Positions 18,777-28,967 of a stretch of 64,000 nt of DNA are shown piece by piece. Position 1 is the first letter of the stretch. Each line of letters starts with the position of its first letter. Source of the stretch: an uncultured Pseudomonadales bacterium (lineage in GTDB: Bacteria > Patescibacteriota > Microgenomatia > UBA1400 > PJMF01); the NCBI GenBank assembly GCA_964521215.1, contig CAZFRD010000004.1, positions 241-64,240 of the forward strand, in the 5' to 3' direction. A program made the position numbers and the translations under genes. The notes beneath the pieces were generated by a model. That model had not been told where the DNA came from and made no database searches. It worked only from the letters and a program-made list of their open reading frames with translations.

Positions 18777-19820
18777 TTACAAAACGGCTAACCAGACGCC
18801 AAAAATTGTTAGAATAATTTGAAGTAACCACGCTCTTTGTACAATTTTTGGCTCTTCCCAGCCATAGGCTTGTAATGTCAAATGAATCGGGGCAGCGGGA
18901 AATATCTTCTTTTTTCGCCATTTTTTTGACATGAGCTGAAATAATGAACTTGATATTTCAATCACAAAGATCGAACCGATAATTACCAATGCCACCACTT
19001 TTCCGAGTAGTAAGCCGACTACCGCTAGGGTTGCACCAAAAGCCAGCGAGCCCACATCTCCCATAAAAATGCGAGCAGGAAAAACATTAAAATATAAAAA
19101 TGAAATCAGTGAACCAAGCCAGAGGGCTAAGAATACAGTGAGGGGCACATCAAGAATCGCAGCGGATAAAAACCACAGGCCAAACAGCGAGATCATTAGA
19201 CTGCCAGAAGCTAAGCCATCAAGCCCGTCCGTTATGTTGACCGCATTCGAGAAAGAGACGATGGTGAGAGTGGCAAAGGGTACAAAAAGTGGTCCAAGCG
19301 GGATAATGCCAATGAATGGAATATGAATGAAATTAATGCCCAAAGTAAAATACAGTAGCAAAGCAATGGTTGAAGCGAGAATGATTTGCAATACAAGTTT
19401 AAACTTCATGGTTAGCCCAAAAAATCCCACTGGTTTAAAACGGAAAAACTTTTTGATGTCATCATATAAACCTAGTAAACCAAAAGAGATCATGGTAAAG
19501 AAAATGATGTACATTTCTGCATGTAAATTACGATGCACGCTGGTAATATCGCGACCAAAATAGGCTAAAAGTGGAATGGTAATGGCAAACAAGATGGAAA
19601 CAACAAGAATAACCAACAGACCACCGCCAACTGGCACACCAGCTTTTGAACGATGAAACTTATCGAAAATAGGTGTGAGTCTACCAAAGACATCGGTCGT
19701 AATCTGATGGGCTCGAAGAAACTTGAGTCGATAAAGTAAATTGACAAAAGGAATAATTAAGATACTCGTAACGATAAAAGCGAGTAAGAGAATGCTAAGT
19801 GCGGTGGCAAATGGTCCCAT
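18777..19820 (-). CDS. mraY: Phospho-N-acetylmuramoyl-pentapeptide transferase
   Basis: 'NAVNITDGLDGLASG' and 'IFMGDVGSLAFGATLAVVG' are MraY signatures. Confidence 0.95.
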   Translation of the reverse strand: MGPFATALSILLLAFIVTSILIIPFVNLLYRLKFLRAHQITTDVFGRLTPIFDKFHRSKAGVPVGGGLLVILVVSILFAITIPLLAYFGRDITSVHRNLHAEMYIIFFTMISFGLLGLYDDIKKFFRFKPVGFFGLTMKFKLVLQIILASTIALLLYFTLGINFIHIPFIGIIPLGPLFVPFATLTIVSFSNAVNITDGLDGLASGSLMISLFGLWFLSAAILDVPLTVFLALWLGSLISFLYFNVFPARIFMGDVGSLAFGATLAVVGLLLGKVVALVIIGSIFVIEISSSLFQLMSKKWRKKKIFPAAPIHLTLQAYGWEEPKIVQRAWLLQIILTIFGVWLAVL

Positions 19821-19848
19821 GATATTTGTTATCTTATTGTACCGATTT

Positions 19849-21183
19849 CTAGGTAGAGCTCAAGTCGGAAACTAATTTGATTTTTGCTCCCATCGATCGT
19901 AGTCTTTGTTCTAGGTTTTCGTATCCTCGTTCGATTTGAGCAATATTATGAATTTTACTAATACCTTTGGCCGCCATAGCGGCTAGGACCAAAGTCGCTC
20001 CATGGCGTAGATCCTTGACTTGGCAATCACCAGCAACTAGATGTGTTGGCCCTGTGATACGCAAGGCGTGGTGAGCGCCTGGCTGATCATCATGCTGGTT
20101 AAAATTATAAAAAGCTTCAGGGTTGGTTACAGCTGGTTGAAAAGTTTCAATTTTTGCTCCCATGGCAACCAATTCTTCTTTATATTGAAAACGATTGGCC
20201 ATAATCGTTTCGTGAATGGTACTGACTCCCTTTGCTTGCGTCATGAGAGTTGCCCAGAGAGGTTGCCAGTCGGTCATAAAACCAGGTTCGATGGCGGTGG
20301 TGAGTTTGACTGCCCGGAGAGGTTGGGAATAAAAGAAGCGAATGCCGTAATCACCCACTTCGTATGAGCCTCCGGCTTTGTCTAAGGCTTTCAAAAATGC
20401 TTTGAGGTGCTTGGGTACCGCATTTTCGATGATGACATCGCCTTTGGTGGCCAAAGCGGCACAAGCGTAAGAGACTGCCTCGTTTCGGTCGGGCAGGAGT
20501 TTGTGGATAGCGCCGTGCAAACTACTCACCCCCTCAATTTCAATAATTCTACCTGGTTTGCGAGTAATCTTGCCACCCATTTTATTGATGAAAGTTATTA
20601 AATCATCAATTTCTGGTTCAAGGGCAGCGTTTTCCAGAATAGTTTTACCCTTGGCTAGTACAGCTGCCATAATCAATGTTTCTGTGCCAGTATGGGTATT
20701 TTTGGCAAATCGGTAGCGAGTTCCCCTCATACCCTGAGTGGTGGCAAGAAAAAGACCATTTTTGTATTCAATTTTTACTCCCAGTGCTGACAAACCTTCT
20801 ACGTGTCTTTCTAGCGGTCGCTTGCCAATCTTATCCCCACCCGGCGCCGGGACACGAGCTTGGCCGAAGCGGTGAAGCAGAGCGGGTAAAAACATGGTAG
20901 AAAAGCGACCTTGCTCGCCATGCTCTGGCTCAATCGAATACTTTACTAGGGTTGCTGGGTTGATAAATAATGCCCTCTCCCCCGCTTGGTGCACCGATCC
21001 GCCTAGATATTGAATGATTTTGGCTACCAGTTGTACATCGCTGATTTGGGAAAAATTGAGCAATCTCGACTCTGTCTGAGCTAGCAGAGCCGCGATCATT
21101 AGTTTATACGATGCGTTTTTCGCTCCACCAATGCGGACTGAACCAATGAGTGGTACTCCACCGGTAATTTCATAGTGTGCCAT
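19849..21183 (-). CDS. murA: UDP-N-acetylglucosamine 1-carboxyvinyltransferase
   Basis: 'MAHYEITGGVPLIGSVRIGGAKNASYKLMIAALLA' is the EPSP-synthase-like MurA N-terminus; 444 aa. Confidence 0.95.
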   Translation of the reverse strand: MAHYEITGGVPLIGSVRIGGAKNASYKLMIAALLAQTESRLLNFSQISDVQLVAKIIQYLGGSVHQAGERALFINPATLVKYSIEPEHGEQGRFSTMFLPALLHRFGQARVPAPGGDKIGKRPLERHVEGLSALGVKIEYKNGLFLATTQGMRGTRYRFAKNTHTGTETLIMAAVLAKGKTILENAALEPEIDDLITFINKMGGKITRKPGRIIEIEGVSSLHGAIHKLLPDRNEAVSYACAALATKGDVIIENAVPKHLKAFLKALDKAGGSYEVGDYGIRFFYSQPLRAVKLTTAIEPGFMTDWQPLWATLMTQAKGVSTIHETIMANRFQYKEELVAMGAKIETFQPAVTNPEAFYNFNQHDDQPGAHHALRITGPTHLVAGDCQVKDLRHGATLVLAAMAAKGISKIHNIAQIERGYENLEQRLRSMGAKIKLVSDLSST

Positions 21184-21198
21184 ATTTTCTCCTTTTCA

Positions 21199-22275
21199 TC
21201 AATTTTTTATTAGTTCTAATTCTTGGTCAGAAAAGCCAAGAAAAAATATTTCTGGTTTCATTGTGACTTGAAAATCTTTTTTCGCTTGAAGTTGAATTTG
21301 ACTAATTACTTGTAAATAATCGAGCGCAGTCGCTCCACCAGTGTTCTCTATGAAGGCTGCATGGTGAGTAGAAACCCGGGCTCCGCCAATAGTCAAGCCA
21401 GCCAGCTTCAGTTTTTTTTCGATGAAGTAGCCAATACTAGTAGTTGGCAGATCTAGTCGAGCTTGTTCCTGTGGAGATAAGTTTTGGAAGACACAACCAA
21501 GGGAATTTTGGGGCTGGTGTTTTTTTTGTTGAGCCCAAGCGGCTGCTGCCACTCTGGCTTTATCAATATTGCCTTTGAAAAGTATCAGCTCAGCCGAAAG
21601 AATGATTTCTTTGGTGCGGTGAAAGCGGGAATAATCATAGGCAAACTCCAATTCTGACGGAGCTAGTTTTTGTATTTCTCCAGCTTCGTCGAGGATGGTG
21701 ACTGAATGGATCTGTTCAGAAATAAAATGGGCGCCACCATGAATATTGTTATAGATTGCGCCACCAATGGTAGCGGGAATGCGACTGAACCATTCAAGCC
21801 CAGTCAAACCCTGAGCGAGGGAAAAATTAATGGCGTAGGGCAACGGTGTGCCAGAGTCAAGCTCCACTAAAACTTTCGTTTCGGTACCGGTATAGTAATC
21901 GAAGAAATCTTGCCCCCCAGAGTTGAGTGAGTGCCAGCGAGGAACAATCGACTCACCTAAGGTTTGTTCAACAGGTTTCTCTGGCATTGGGTGAAACAAA
22001 CTGGATTTATTCACTACGGTTATGCCTCTAATGCCCGCATCAGCGATCAGCGTGTTGGCTCCCCAGCCAAGCACGGTCAGAGCGAGGTTAGCTTGGTGGG
22101 CATATGATGCAAGCATTTTTAATTCTTGGCTTGATTTCGTTTCGATTAGCAATTCTGCTGGACCACCAATTTTAACCGTCGTAAAGGAAGCGAGTGAACA
22201 TTCTAATTTACACTGCAGATCAGGTAATATTGCACGTAATTCATCAGTGATTTTTTGGGTGTCAACGGTTTTCAT
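21199..22275 (-). CDS. murB: UDP-N-acetylenolpyruvoylglucosamine reductase
   Basis: 'TVKIGGPAELLIETKSSQELKML' is an FAD-binding PCMH domain; the C-terminal 'GGARVSTHHAAFIENTGGATALD' is the MurB C-domain. Confidence 0.85.
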   Translation of the reverse strand: MKTVDTQKITDELRAILPDLQCKLECSLASFTTVKIGGPAELLIETKSSQELKMLASYAHQANLALTVLGWGANTLIADAGIRGITVVNKSSLFHPMPEKPVEQTLGESIVPRWHSLNSGGQDFFDYYTGTETKVLVELDSGTPLPYAINFSLAQGLTGLEWFSRIPATIGGAIYNNIHGGAHFISEQIHSVTILDEAGEIQKLAPSELEFAYDYSRFHRTKEIILSAELILFKGNIDKARVAAAAWAQQKKHQPQNSLGCVFQNLSPQEQARLDLPTTSIGYFIEKKLKLAGLTIGGARVSTHHAAFIENTGGATALDYLQVISQIQLQAKKDFQVTMKPEIFFLGFSDQELELIKN

Positions 22276-23753
22276 TGGATTTTCGCTTGATTTAAATTGT
22301 GGTGTAAAGTATAAACATCTCCCGCTCCCAAGGTAATAACCACAGATTTGGTTAAGTCGATTTGTTTCAATTGCGTGACAGTGTTTGGGAGTGAGGTTGC
22401 TAATTTAATTTCTATTCCCTTTCGACCACGCTGGCTAATTTCCGCTGCAAAATCTGTCGGCGTGATCGATCCGACCTTTTCTCTTGCGGAACCAAAGATG
22501 GGGAGCAAAAACAACAAGTCAGCTCGGTCAAAAGCGATGGCAAAATCAGACAGTAATGCCTGAGTGCGAGAAAAGGTGTGGGGCTGAAATATTACCACCA
22601 GCTGGTGATGGGGAAAAAGCTCTTTGCAAGCCGTGAGGGTGGCGGAAATTTCCGTAGGATGGTGGGCGTAGTCATCGTAATAATATGTATCACTAACCTG
22701 ATTAATTAACTGAAAGCGGCGCGACGTAGATTTGAAGGAATTGATAGCTGGTACTAGTTGATTGCTAGAATAGTTTAAAAGAGAAAGACAAATCCAAGCG
22801 GCGGCGGCGTTATTTAAGTTGTGTAAACCTGGTAAAGGAAAGTTAATGATTGGTGAGTCCGTCAGTTGTGGTGAAGCAAGATGTGAAACAAAGCGAGCAT
22901 GTTGCAACTGATCATGGTAGCCTAAATTGATAATCTCTAGATCAGCAGTTGGCGTTGCTCCAAAACTGAGAGTGGTTATATCTTGTCTTGCTTTTTTTAT
23001 CCTTTGAACCAAATCGCGGAGGTTGGGATCGGTGGCATTCCAAATCAGTGTGCCACCCGCTTGAATTTGTGTAAAAAAATCATAGTAAGTGGCCAACGTT
23101 TGCTCTAATGAATGGTATACATCTGGATGGTCAAACAGTAGGTTGGTACAAATAACAACTTTGGGTTTGAGATAATGGAAGCGAGGAATGACCTTGTCGC
23201 CTTGGGCAACCGCTTGTGGATTTTCTGCATATTCATCAGCTTCTGTAATAAAAATTGAGCCCAGTGGATCCCAGCGACCGGTTCGGGGCAGGTCAATAAT
23301 TTCACCCACTCCCACTTGGTAACTGGGGTGAGCGGTCAGTTTTTCCAGCGACCAAGCCAAGAGCGCCGAAGTAGTTGATTTGCCACCAACGCCACAAACC
23401 GCCACCGTGTCCTTTTCGAGAGAAAGCATGCCAAGAACTTGGGCGTGAGAATAAAGTGGAATTGATTGCTTGGTTGCCAATTGCGCTAAATGATGTTGGG
23501 CACCTTGATGAGCACTGCCGTAAATAACACAATCGGTTTTTTCTGGCAAAACCTGAGTCTGCAAATCGTCGATCTGAATTGACAGCGATGATAATATTTT
23601 TTCCGTCACAAACTGATCGGAGACATCGCAACCGGCCACTTGGATGCCTTTATCGATTAAGCATTGGGCTAAGGCGGTCATGCCAACCCCCTTTATGCCA
23701 ATTAGGTAACAGTGATGAATATTGTTGAGCGGCGATGTCTCTGTTGATTTCAT
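22272..23753 (-). CDS. murC: UDP-N-acetylmuramate--L-alanine ligase
   Basis: 'HCYLIGIKGVGMTALAQCLIDKG' is the MurC N-domain; 'AVCGVGGKSTTSALLAW' is the Mur ligase P-loop. Confidence 0.9.
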   Translation of the reverse strand: MKSTETSPLNNIHHCYLIGIKGVGMTALAQCLIDKGIQVAGCDVSDQFVTEKILSSLSIQIDDLQTQVLPEKTDCVIYGSAHQGAQHHLAQLATKQSIPLYSHAQVLGMLSLEKDTVAVCGVGGKSTTSALLAWSLEKLTAHPSYQVGVGEIIDLPRTGRWDPLGSIFITEADEYAENPQAVAQGDKVIPRFHYLKPKVVICTNLLFDHPDVYHSLEQTLATYYDFFTQIQAGGTLIWNATDPNLRDLVQRIKKARQDITTLSFGATPTADLEIINLGYHDQLQHARFVSHLASPQLTDSPIINFPLPGLHNLNNAAAAWICLSLLNYSSNQLVPAINSFKSTSRRFQLINQVSDTYYYDDYAHHPTEISATLTACKELFPHHQLVVIFQPHTFSRTQALLSDFAIAFDRADLLFLLPIFGSAREKVGSITPTDFAAEISQRGRKGIEIKLATSLPNTVTQLKQIDLTKSVVITLGAGDVYTLHHNLNQAKIQ

Positions 23754-24757
23754 TTTGAACTATATAGTATCTGTTTTAAAACTTTTTGTAAGCGATCACT
23801 ATCATGACGGATGACCGATCTTGGTATCACGTCTGCCGAGAGTTGCTTGGTGGAAGTATAAGTGAGTAAGGGTGCGCGCAGGACTCTGGGGTCATTACCT
23901 AAATCGTCGATCACTAGCTGTTCCCCAACGGCTTGATAGGGCTTAAGCTGTTCTGGCTTTGGTTTTCTGGTGTTAAAAATAATATGGGAGACTGGTTTGC
24001 CCAACACCTTTTCGATCTCTCGAACATGATCGCTCGCAGTCATGTCTGCCGTTTGACTGTTACGAGTCATGATGTTAACGATGTAGGTAATTTTGACTGA
24101 GCTGTTTTGAATGATTGTTGTGACTTTGGGTGCAATGAGCACAGCTTCTAGACTGGCAAATAAATCGCCAGGTCCAACTATTAAATGATCAGACCGACCT
24201 ATCACCTCTAGAGCCAAAGGGTTGGTTTTTGGTTTGGGGATTAAAGCGATTTTTTTGATCGGTTTGCGTGGAGCATTAGCCTCATCCAGTAGATGTTCGC
24301 CAACCAACACACTGCCGTCACGATAAAAGACTTTTAGGTTCACTGAGTCTTCGGTGATGGGGATGACTCGTCCGTGAAACTGGAAAAGTTGGGCGGCTGT
24401 ATCCAGCGCCTTTGTGGTTGAGCCAGTCATATCTTGCAGGGCAGTTAAAATCAAGTTACCAAGGTTGTGACCCTTGAGTTCTTTTCCCCGAGCAAAACGA
24501 TACAACAACAGTTGCTGGAGCAAATGTTGGCTGGTGGGATTGGCAAGGGCGGTGAGCGTTTGTCGCAAGTCACCCACTGGTGGAAAACCAAACTCGTCTC
24601 TAAGTCTGGCTGACGAACCGCCCGAGTCTGAAACTGCCACGATACATGTGAGGTGATTGCTCAGAGTGCGAAGGGCAGCGATAACCGGATAAGTTCCAGT
24701 TCCTCCACCAATCGTAGTGACAAACTGTTCCTGTGGTGGTTTGGTTTTTTTTTGCAT
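23750..24757 (-). CDS. yvcK: YvcK/UPF0052 family protein (CofD-like gluconeogenesis/morphology factor)
   Basis: 'TIGGGTGTYPVIAALR...VSDSGGSSARLRDEFGFPPVGDLRQ' are the hallmark CofD/YvcK motifs. Confidence 0.8.
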   Translation of the reverse strand: MQKKTKPPQEQFVTTIGGGTGTYPVIAALRTLSNHLTCIVAVSDSGGSSARLRDEFGFPPVGDLRQTLTALANPTSQHLLQQLLLYRFARGKELKGHNLGNLILTALQDMTGSTTKALDTAAQLFQFHGRVIPITEDSVNLKVFYRDGSVLVGEHLLDEANAPRKPIKKIALIPKPKTNPLALEVIGRSDHLIVGPGDLFASLEAVLIAPKVTTIIQNSSVKITYIVNIMTRNSQTADMTASDHVREIEKVLGKPVSHIIFNTRKPKPEQLKPYQAVGEQLVIDDLGNDPRVLRAPLLTYTSTKQLSADVIPRSVIRHDSDRLQKVLKQILYSSK

Positions 24758-24763
24758 ACCGTG

Positions 24764-26002
24764 CTAATCACTGGCTACTGCTTTACCCAAAATTGGAATT
24801 TCGCCAGTGTCCAGAATTTGTTGTACTGCCGTTCGGTCGTTCCAAAAAAATTCTTGCGAACCGAAACACATGCTATTTTCGTGACCTTTGCCTAGAATCA
24901 CGAGTGTGTCGCCTCTTTTTGCTAGGTCTGAAATGGCAAAATGAAGAGCGAAGCCTCGATCTGGAATTGAAATCACTTTGTTGTGTAGTGTGTGTAGTTG
25001 TGATTTCATCTGACCAATGATGGTCCACACGTTTTCGGTTCGTGGATCTTCGGCTGTGAAAATAACCAGGTCGGCATGAGTGGCCGCCATTTTGCCCATC
25101 ATGGGACGTTTAACTTTGTCTCTCAGGCCAGCGCAACCGAGAATTGCGATGAGTCGCCCCTTGGTTTGTGACTTGAGATAGCTGAGCACAGATTCGACTG
25201 CGTGGGGAGTGTGAGCAAAATCCACATAAATACGAAAGCCTCTGCTAGTCGGTATCTGCTCTAGCCTACCCGCTACGCCCTCAAAGCTTCTGATTGCTGA
25301 GGCGATCGTGGCGGGTGGGACACCCGCTTCTATCGCTATCAATGACACTAAAATGGCGTTTTGACGATTAAAACTTTCGGGAAACCGCTGAGCCAGGGCG
25401 CGAAAAATAACTGGTGGTAACTTGGTGCTTGATGAATAAAGCTTGACTTGGACGGAGCGTAGTATTTTTCGCGCCAATGTATAAGAACGGTCTCCTTCAG
25501 GAAAATAAACCTTCTGAGCTTTTTTGAATTGGATCAATTTGGCTAAGGCATACTCATCATAATTGAGATGGTAATCAAAATGATCATGAGTAATGTTGGT
25601 AATTCCACCCAGCCAAGGTTTAATGCCCCAGTTGCGAAATTGATATGAGCCGTGCGAGGTCATCTCCATCACCATGTGAGTGCAACCAGCGTCAACCATC
25701 TGGCGTAAAATGCCATAGAGTTGTTGGGGTTCAGGTGCGGTGACATGTAGTCCAGTATCGATTGATTTTGTCCCAATTTGGGCCGAAACTGTCGTCAGTA
25801 ACCCGGCCTTAATATTATTGACGGTGAGGACATGGTGCAATAACGTAGCAGTGGTGGTTTTGCCGTCTGTGCCAGTGATGACAATTATTTTGAGTTCTTT
25901 TTCGGGAAAACCATACTGCCATTGAGCTCTTAGGCCTCGAAGTAATCCAGTTTTAATAAAGTGATATGGTCGTTTTAAACGATATAACACTAACGATAAC
26001 AT
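24764..26002 (-). CDS. murE: Mur ligase, MurE-type (UDP-MurNAc-L-Ala-D-Glu:diamino acid ligase) with a shortened N-terminal domain
   Basis: P-loop 'VITGTDGKTTTATLL'; 'VTAPEP' (TTPE-like); 'MEMTSHG'; 'TNITHDHFDYHLNYDEYALAK'; the C-terminal 'GKGHE...WNDRTAVQQIL' is MurE-like. Only about 45 aa precede the P-loop, where 90-100 is typical. Confidence 0.7.
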   Translation of the reverse strand: MLSLVLYRLKRPYHFIKTGLLRGLRAQWQYGFPEKELKIIVITGTDGKTTTATLLHHVLTVNNIKAGLLTTVSAQIGTKSIDTGLHVTAPEPQQLYGILRQMVDAGCTHMVMEMTSHGSYQFRNWGIKPWLGGITNITHDHFDYHLNYDEYALAKLIQFKKAQKVYFPEGDRSYTLARKILRSVQVKLYSSSTKLPPVIFRALAQRFPESFNRQNAILVSLIAIEAGVPPATIASAIRSFEGVAGRLEQIPTSRGFRIYVDFAHTPHAVESVLSYLKSQTKGRLIAILGCAGLRDKVKRPMMGKMAATHADLVIFTAEDPRTENVWTIIGQMKSQLHTLHNKVISIPDRGFALHFAISDLAKRGDTLVILGKGHENSMCFGSQEFFWNDRTAVQQILDTGEIPILGKAVASD

Positions 26003-26018
26003 AGTATCATTATAGCAG

Positions 26019-27788
26019 TTATTGCCTGTCTGGTGGAATTTGAAGCAGTAAATATAATTCTTCTGCTATATCGTACCAAAGTGGGGCCGCCGTCTCGGCG
26101 GCCCAGATAGAACTGGAAGGGGCGGTTAATTTTACCAACATCACGAAAGCGGGCTTTTGAGCTGGCGCAAAACCAATAAAACTAGCAATGGTTTGGTCTT
26201 CATCATAACCGCCTTGACTAGCTACTTGAGAAGTACCAGTTTTACCCGCTACCGTGTGATCGGGACGATACGTCCACTGTGCTTCGCCATGTTGGGCGGA
26301 GTAAATCATCATTTGGGTAACTTGTTGAGCCGTTTGGGCGGAGACAACTCTTCTTACTTCAGTGGGTTTAATTTCCAGGTGATTGCCGGTAATGGGATCG
26401 TAAATTGCAGACAAAATCTTCGGTTTCATCATGATACCCTGATTAGCAATGGCGCTCACCGCCCTCACGAGTTGCAAACTATTGGTGCTAATACCTTGCC
26501 CAAATGAAGCGGTAGCTAATTCAACTGGACGAAAATGATTGGGAAACGGTGTACTAGTATCGTTTTGCAGTTCAATCCCAATTGGATCTCCAATGCCAAA
26601 ATTTTTAAAATAGTCCCTGAGCCTATCCGATCCAACTTTTTCTGCCACATAGATCATGGCAACATTGTCTGATTTTGCCAGTGCCTCACTCATGGAAATA
26701 TTGGGGTGGTACTCTTCATTCCAAGTTTTAATTTGATACTCACCAAATTGTCTTGGTCCAGCGCAACGGTCGCAAATTGAGTCGGGAGTAATCACCCCAC
26801 TGTCAATGCCAGCGGCAACTGTGATTACTTTGAAAGTTGAACCAGGTTCATAGGTCATTGCCAGACTAGGATTGGAAAAAGTTGCCGTCTCAGTTTGTGC
26901 ATATTTTTTTTGGTCGAAAGTCGGCTCGGCTGCCAAACCTAGCAGATTACCAGTGGTGGGATCAAGTACAATCACCTCACCAATTTGGGGTCCGTACTTC
27001 AACATACCCTGGTGTAATTTTTGTTCTAGTAAAACTTGGATGTCACGCCGAAGGGTGGTGACGATGGTTCTTCCATCAAGATCACTAGTCCGATCTTGGG
27101 GGGAGAGAGAATAACCGAGGGCATCAGTTAAAACTTTTTTTGAAAAAGAACGCGGTTCTAATTCGTGATTTAACCCTCCTTCTAGTCCAAAGTAGCCAAG
27201 ATCATCACCATTATTATCTTTGCCCACAAAACCAGTTAGGTGTGCGGCCATCGAGGCTTCAGGATAAAAGCGAGCTTGGTAACTTTCAAAACCCGAATTG
27301 GGTAAATTTTTTGTCTCCAACTCTAACTTATCTGTTTCGGTTAAGTCCTGGGTTAGAATTGCCCATTTTTTTGTATCCGATTCGACTAGACTCATTAATT
27401 GCTGTTTTTTTTCTTCTAATCCTTGTGGATCATCCGGCATTTGTTTGGCCAATATTGAAAGCACCGCCTCAACTACTTGAGTACGCTCGCTCTGAGAGAG
27501 TAAGTTGGGTTTGGTGTAAAAACGATAAACCTGCTGGTTGATCACCAATGGCTTATTGTCACTAAACAGAATTTCACCTCTTTGACCAATATGTTGTTGA
27601 ACACGTTGGTATTGATTCTCCGCTGCTAAAGTGAGTTCTGACGCTTTAATAATTTGCCAAAAACCGAGTCTGACTAAAATAAGTATCACAATGAAAAAAA
27701 AACCAATAAACAGATGCCGTTGCCTTGAATGTGGCAACGAATCTTCACTCAACCTGGAGCGAGCTCGACGAACAGTAAGTAACTTCAT
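26019..27788 (-). CDS. ftsI: Class B penicillin-binding protein / septal transpeptidase
   Basis: N-terminal TM, 'STFKVITVAAG' (SxxK), 'KSDNVAM' (SxN) and 'AGKTGTSQ' (KTG). Confidence 0.9.
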   Translation of the reverse strand: MKLLTVRRARSRLSEDSLPHSRQRHLFIGFFFIVILILVRLGFWQIIKASELTLAAENQYQRVQQHIGQRGEILFSDNKPLVINQQVYRFYTKPNLLSQSERTQVVEAVLSILAKQMPDDPQGLEEKKQQLMSLVESDTKKWAILTQDLTETDKLELETKNLPNSGFESYQARFYPEASMAAHLTGFVGKDNNGDDLGYFGLEGGLNHELEPRSFSKKVLTDALGYSLSPQDRTSDLDGRTIVTTLRRDIQVLLEQKLHQGMLKYGPQIGEVIVLDPTTGNLLGLAAEPTFDQKKYAQTETATFSNPSLAMTYEPGSTFKVITVAAGIDSGVITPDSICDRCAGPRQFGEYQIKTWNEEYHPNISMSEALAKSDNVAMIYVAEKVGSDRLRDYFKNFGIGDPIGIELQNDTSTPFPNHFRPVELATASFGQGISTNSLQLVRAVSAIANQGIMMKPKILSAIYDPITGNHLEIKPTEVRRVVSAQTAQQVTQMMIYSAQHGEAQWTYRPDHTVAGKTGTSQVASQGGYDEDQTIASFIGFAPAQKPAFVMLVKLTAPSSSIWAAETAAPLWYDIAEELYLLLQIPPDRQ

Positions 27789-27789
27789 G

Positions 27790-28083
27790 TTATTGGATTG
27801 TAGCCAGTGTATCAGAAACTTTGAGGCTCACCACTTCGGAAATTGGCGTAAATTGAGTTTTGAGTTGGCTTTGGGTAACCGAGGCAATGGAGACTTTGCT
27901 TGCTACTTCGGTTTGAAGACGATCAATCTCTTGACTGAGTAATTGCTTCTCTTTTTCTTGGGCATTATATCTAGCGTGGTGAGTTAAACCGACTGCCGAA
28001 TGAAAGAGGGTTGCCATTGTTTGAGTTAGCACAATACAACTAACAATACTGTAATAAAAAATTGGCTTGAGTTGTACTTTCAT
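27790..28083 (-). CDS. ftsL: FtsL-like septum-formation protein (small bitopic coiled-coil protein)
   Basis: 97 aa with one TM and a coiled-coil. Position between rsmH and ftsI. 1-nt junction with ftsI. Confidence 0.5.
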   Translation of the reverse strand: MKVQLKPIFYYSIVSCIVLTQTMATLFHSAVGLTHHARYNAQEKEKQLLSQEIDRLQTEVASKVSIASVTQSQLKTQFTPISEVVSLKVSDTLATIQ

Positions 28084-28967
28084 AGTTTTTCGATCGCTCT
28101 TAACTTTGTACTCCTGGAGCGAGGGTTTTTTTTCTCTTCTTCCGAAGATGGAGTTAATACTTTGGGTGTTAACAGTCGTAGTTGGGATTTTGTTTCGAGT
28201 GATTTAAAAAAGTGTTTGACAAAACGATCTTCTCCCTCGTGGAAAGCTAAAGTGACTAACCGACCCGTGGGCTTGAGAAGCTCAAAGGCCTTGGGTATTG
28301 CTTGTTCAAGGTTGTCAACTTCTGAGTTTACAATCATGCGTAATGCTTGAAAAACCTTGGTAGCAGGGTGTAAATGGCCTCTGACTGGTGGTTTGGTTCT
28401 GACTATTATTTGAGCTAATTGGCCTGTCGTTGTCACGGGGCTTGACTGTTTTATTCTGCGAGCAATTGGTTGAGCGAAAGTTTCTCCACCTTGGTTACGG
28501 AAAATTGTGGCAAGTTCCTTTTCACTCAGTACTTGCAGAAAATCGGCAGCGGTGACTCCCAAACGATCGTCCATGCGCATGTCTAGTGGAGCATCGTGAT
28601 CGAAACTAAATCCTCTAATGGTTGAAAGCAATTGATCGCTGGTCGTGCCAAAATCGAATAATATTCCCTGCGGTCGTAACTCTTTGAGGCTCGCCTCTGC
28701 TCGCCAGACTGTGTCTATTTCGACAAAATTGGCTCTTCTAATTAACAACTTTGATTGGTTAATCGCTTTAGAAAAATGATCTTGGGCAAACTGAGTGGCT
28801 TCTTGATCAATGTCGAGGGCTAAGACGAGTCCACCACGCTCAAGAATTTTACTGGTGTGGCCTCCTCTGCCAAACGTGGCATCAATATACCAGTGTTCTG
28901 GCTTAACCGAGAGCAGTTCGATCGCCTCGGTAAGCATGACTGGTTGATGGTGTACGGATTGTTTCAT
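28080..28967 (-). CDS. rsmH: 16S rRNA (cytosine1402-N4)-methyltransferase
   Basis: 'HQPVMLTEAIELL...DATFGRGGHTS' are RsmH/MraW signatures. Confidence 0.95.
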   Translation of the reverse strand: MKQSVHHQPVMLTEAIELLSVKPEHWYIDATFGRGGHTSKILERGGLVLALDIDQEATQFAQDHFSKAINQSKLLIRRANFVEIDTVWRAEASLKELRPQGILFDFGTTSDQLLSTIRGFSFDHDAPLDMRMDDRLGVTAADFLQVLSEKELATIFRNQGGETFAQPIARRIKQSSPVTTTGQLAQIIVRTKPPVRGHLHPATKVFQALRMIVNSEVDNLEQAIPKAFELLKPTGRLVTLAFHEGEDRFVKHFFKSLETKSQLRLLTPKVLTPSSEEEKKNPRSRSTKLRAIEKL

